A DNA stretch of 32,000 nucleotides, taken from assembly GCF_000953395.1 (NCBI RefSeq), contig NZ_LN649236.1, forward strand, positions 210,001 to 242,000, written 5' to 3'. The translations under genes and the position numbers were made by a program. This document shows positions 30,653 to 32,000 of the stretch, piece after piece; positions within the stretch are counted from its first letter, which is position 1; every line of letters starts with the position of its first letter. The notes beneath the pieces were generated by a model that saw nothing but the letters and a program-made list of their open reading frames with translations, did no database searches and was not told the origin of the DNA. Source of the stretch: Candidatus Portiera aleyrodidarum (lineage in GTDB: Bacteria > Pseudomonadota > Gammaproteobacteria > Johnevansiales > Johnevansiaceae).

Positions 30653-31119
30653 ATTTGTTTTACTAAGTTTTTAAAAAAATCTTTATTTATATTTATATCT
30701 ATGGATTTTTCTAATATTTTTTCTAAACCTATTAAAGATACTTTAATTAGTTGTTCATGTAAATCTTTTTTTCTATTTAACATTTCTTCTTCAAAAAGTT
30801 TTTTTCTTTTTTTTATTATAACTTCACTTTCTTTTATTGATATATTTCTTACTTTTTCAAGTATATAATTATAATGTGATTGTGCATTTTCTATTATTAA
30901 ATCTGCTTCATTTTTTGCTTTACATAAAATATATTTTGATTCTTTTTTTGCTTTATATAATTCTTTTTTTGCTGTTTTAGCAGCGGTTAAAGCATTATTT
31001 ATTTGTTTTTCTCTTTCTAATATATTGTTTTTTATTGGCGGCCAAATATATTTTTTACAACACCATATTAATATAGCAAAGTTAATAACTTCACCTAAAA
31101 TTGTTAAATTTATATTCAC
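30649..31119 (-). CDS. atpF: ATP synthase F0 subunit b
   Basis: 156 aa. It has an N-terminal transmembrane segment NLTILGEVINFAILIWCCKKYIWPPI followed by a long charged helix. The predicted start is GTG. Confidence 0.88.
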   Translation of the reverse strand: MNINLTILGEVINFAILIWCCKKYIWPPIKNNILEREKQINNALTAAKTAKKELYKAKKESKYILCKAKNEADLIIENAQSHYNYILEKVRNISIKESEVIIKKRKKLFEEEMLNRKKDLHEQLIKVSLIGLEKILEKSIDININKDFFKNLVKQI

Positions 31120-31150
31120 ACATATTACCTTAATCTTAATGTAAGTTATT

Positions 31151-32000
<850 letters not shown>

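Overview
This is an extremely A+T-rich, very gene-dense window: by eye over 90% is coding, spacers are mostly 0-25 bp, and several genes share ATGA start/stop overlaps. It looks like a highly reduced insect-endosymbiont gammaproteobacterial genome. I called 30 protein genes, all apparently intact, and 8 tRNAs. In order they are: crtI (5' partial), crtB and crtY (carotenoids); prfA; prs-rplY; tRNA-Met; tRNA-Asn; trpC-trpD-trpG-trpE; tRNA-Lys; upp; tRNA-Val; mrp/apbC; tRNA-Leu; tRNA-Cys; tRNA-Ala; grxD; argG; groES-groEL; rpsA; aroA; pheA; gyrA; secA; tRNA-Arg; argF; and atpC-D-G-A-H-F-E-B (atpB runs off the right edge). A crtI-crtB-crtY operon alongside essential-amino-acid genes in a minimal AT-rich genome with Pseudomonas/Halomonas-like gene order strongly resembles Candidatus Portiera aleyrodidarum, the whitefly primary symbiont. 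That is recognition from memory, not a search result. I found no mobile elements, CRISPR arrays, prophage, defence, toxin-antitoxin or secretion loci, and no unassigned multi-gene block. I therefore cannot support a claim of an undescribed multi-gene system here. The observations most worth a second look are: the carotenoid operon itself; a tRNA-Val gene whose wobble base reads A34 (anticodon AAC); three perfect in-frame tandem repeats inside crtB, trpE and secA; tRNA-Lys-derived sequence fragments in the aroA-rpsA spacer; eroded allosteric motifs in PheA; a CGFS->CVFS change in GrxD; and tRNA-punctuated polycistronic organisation with almost no recognisable promoters or terminators.
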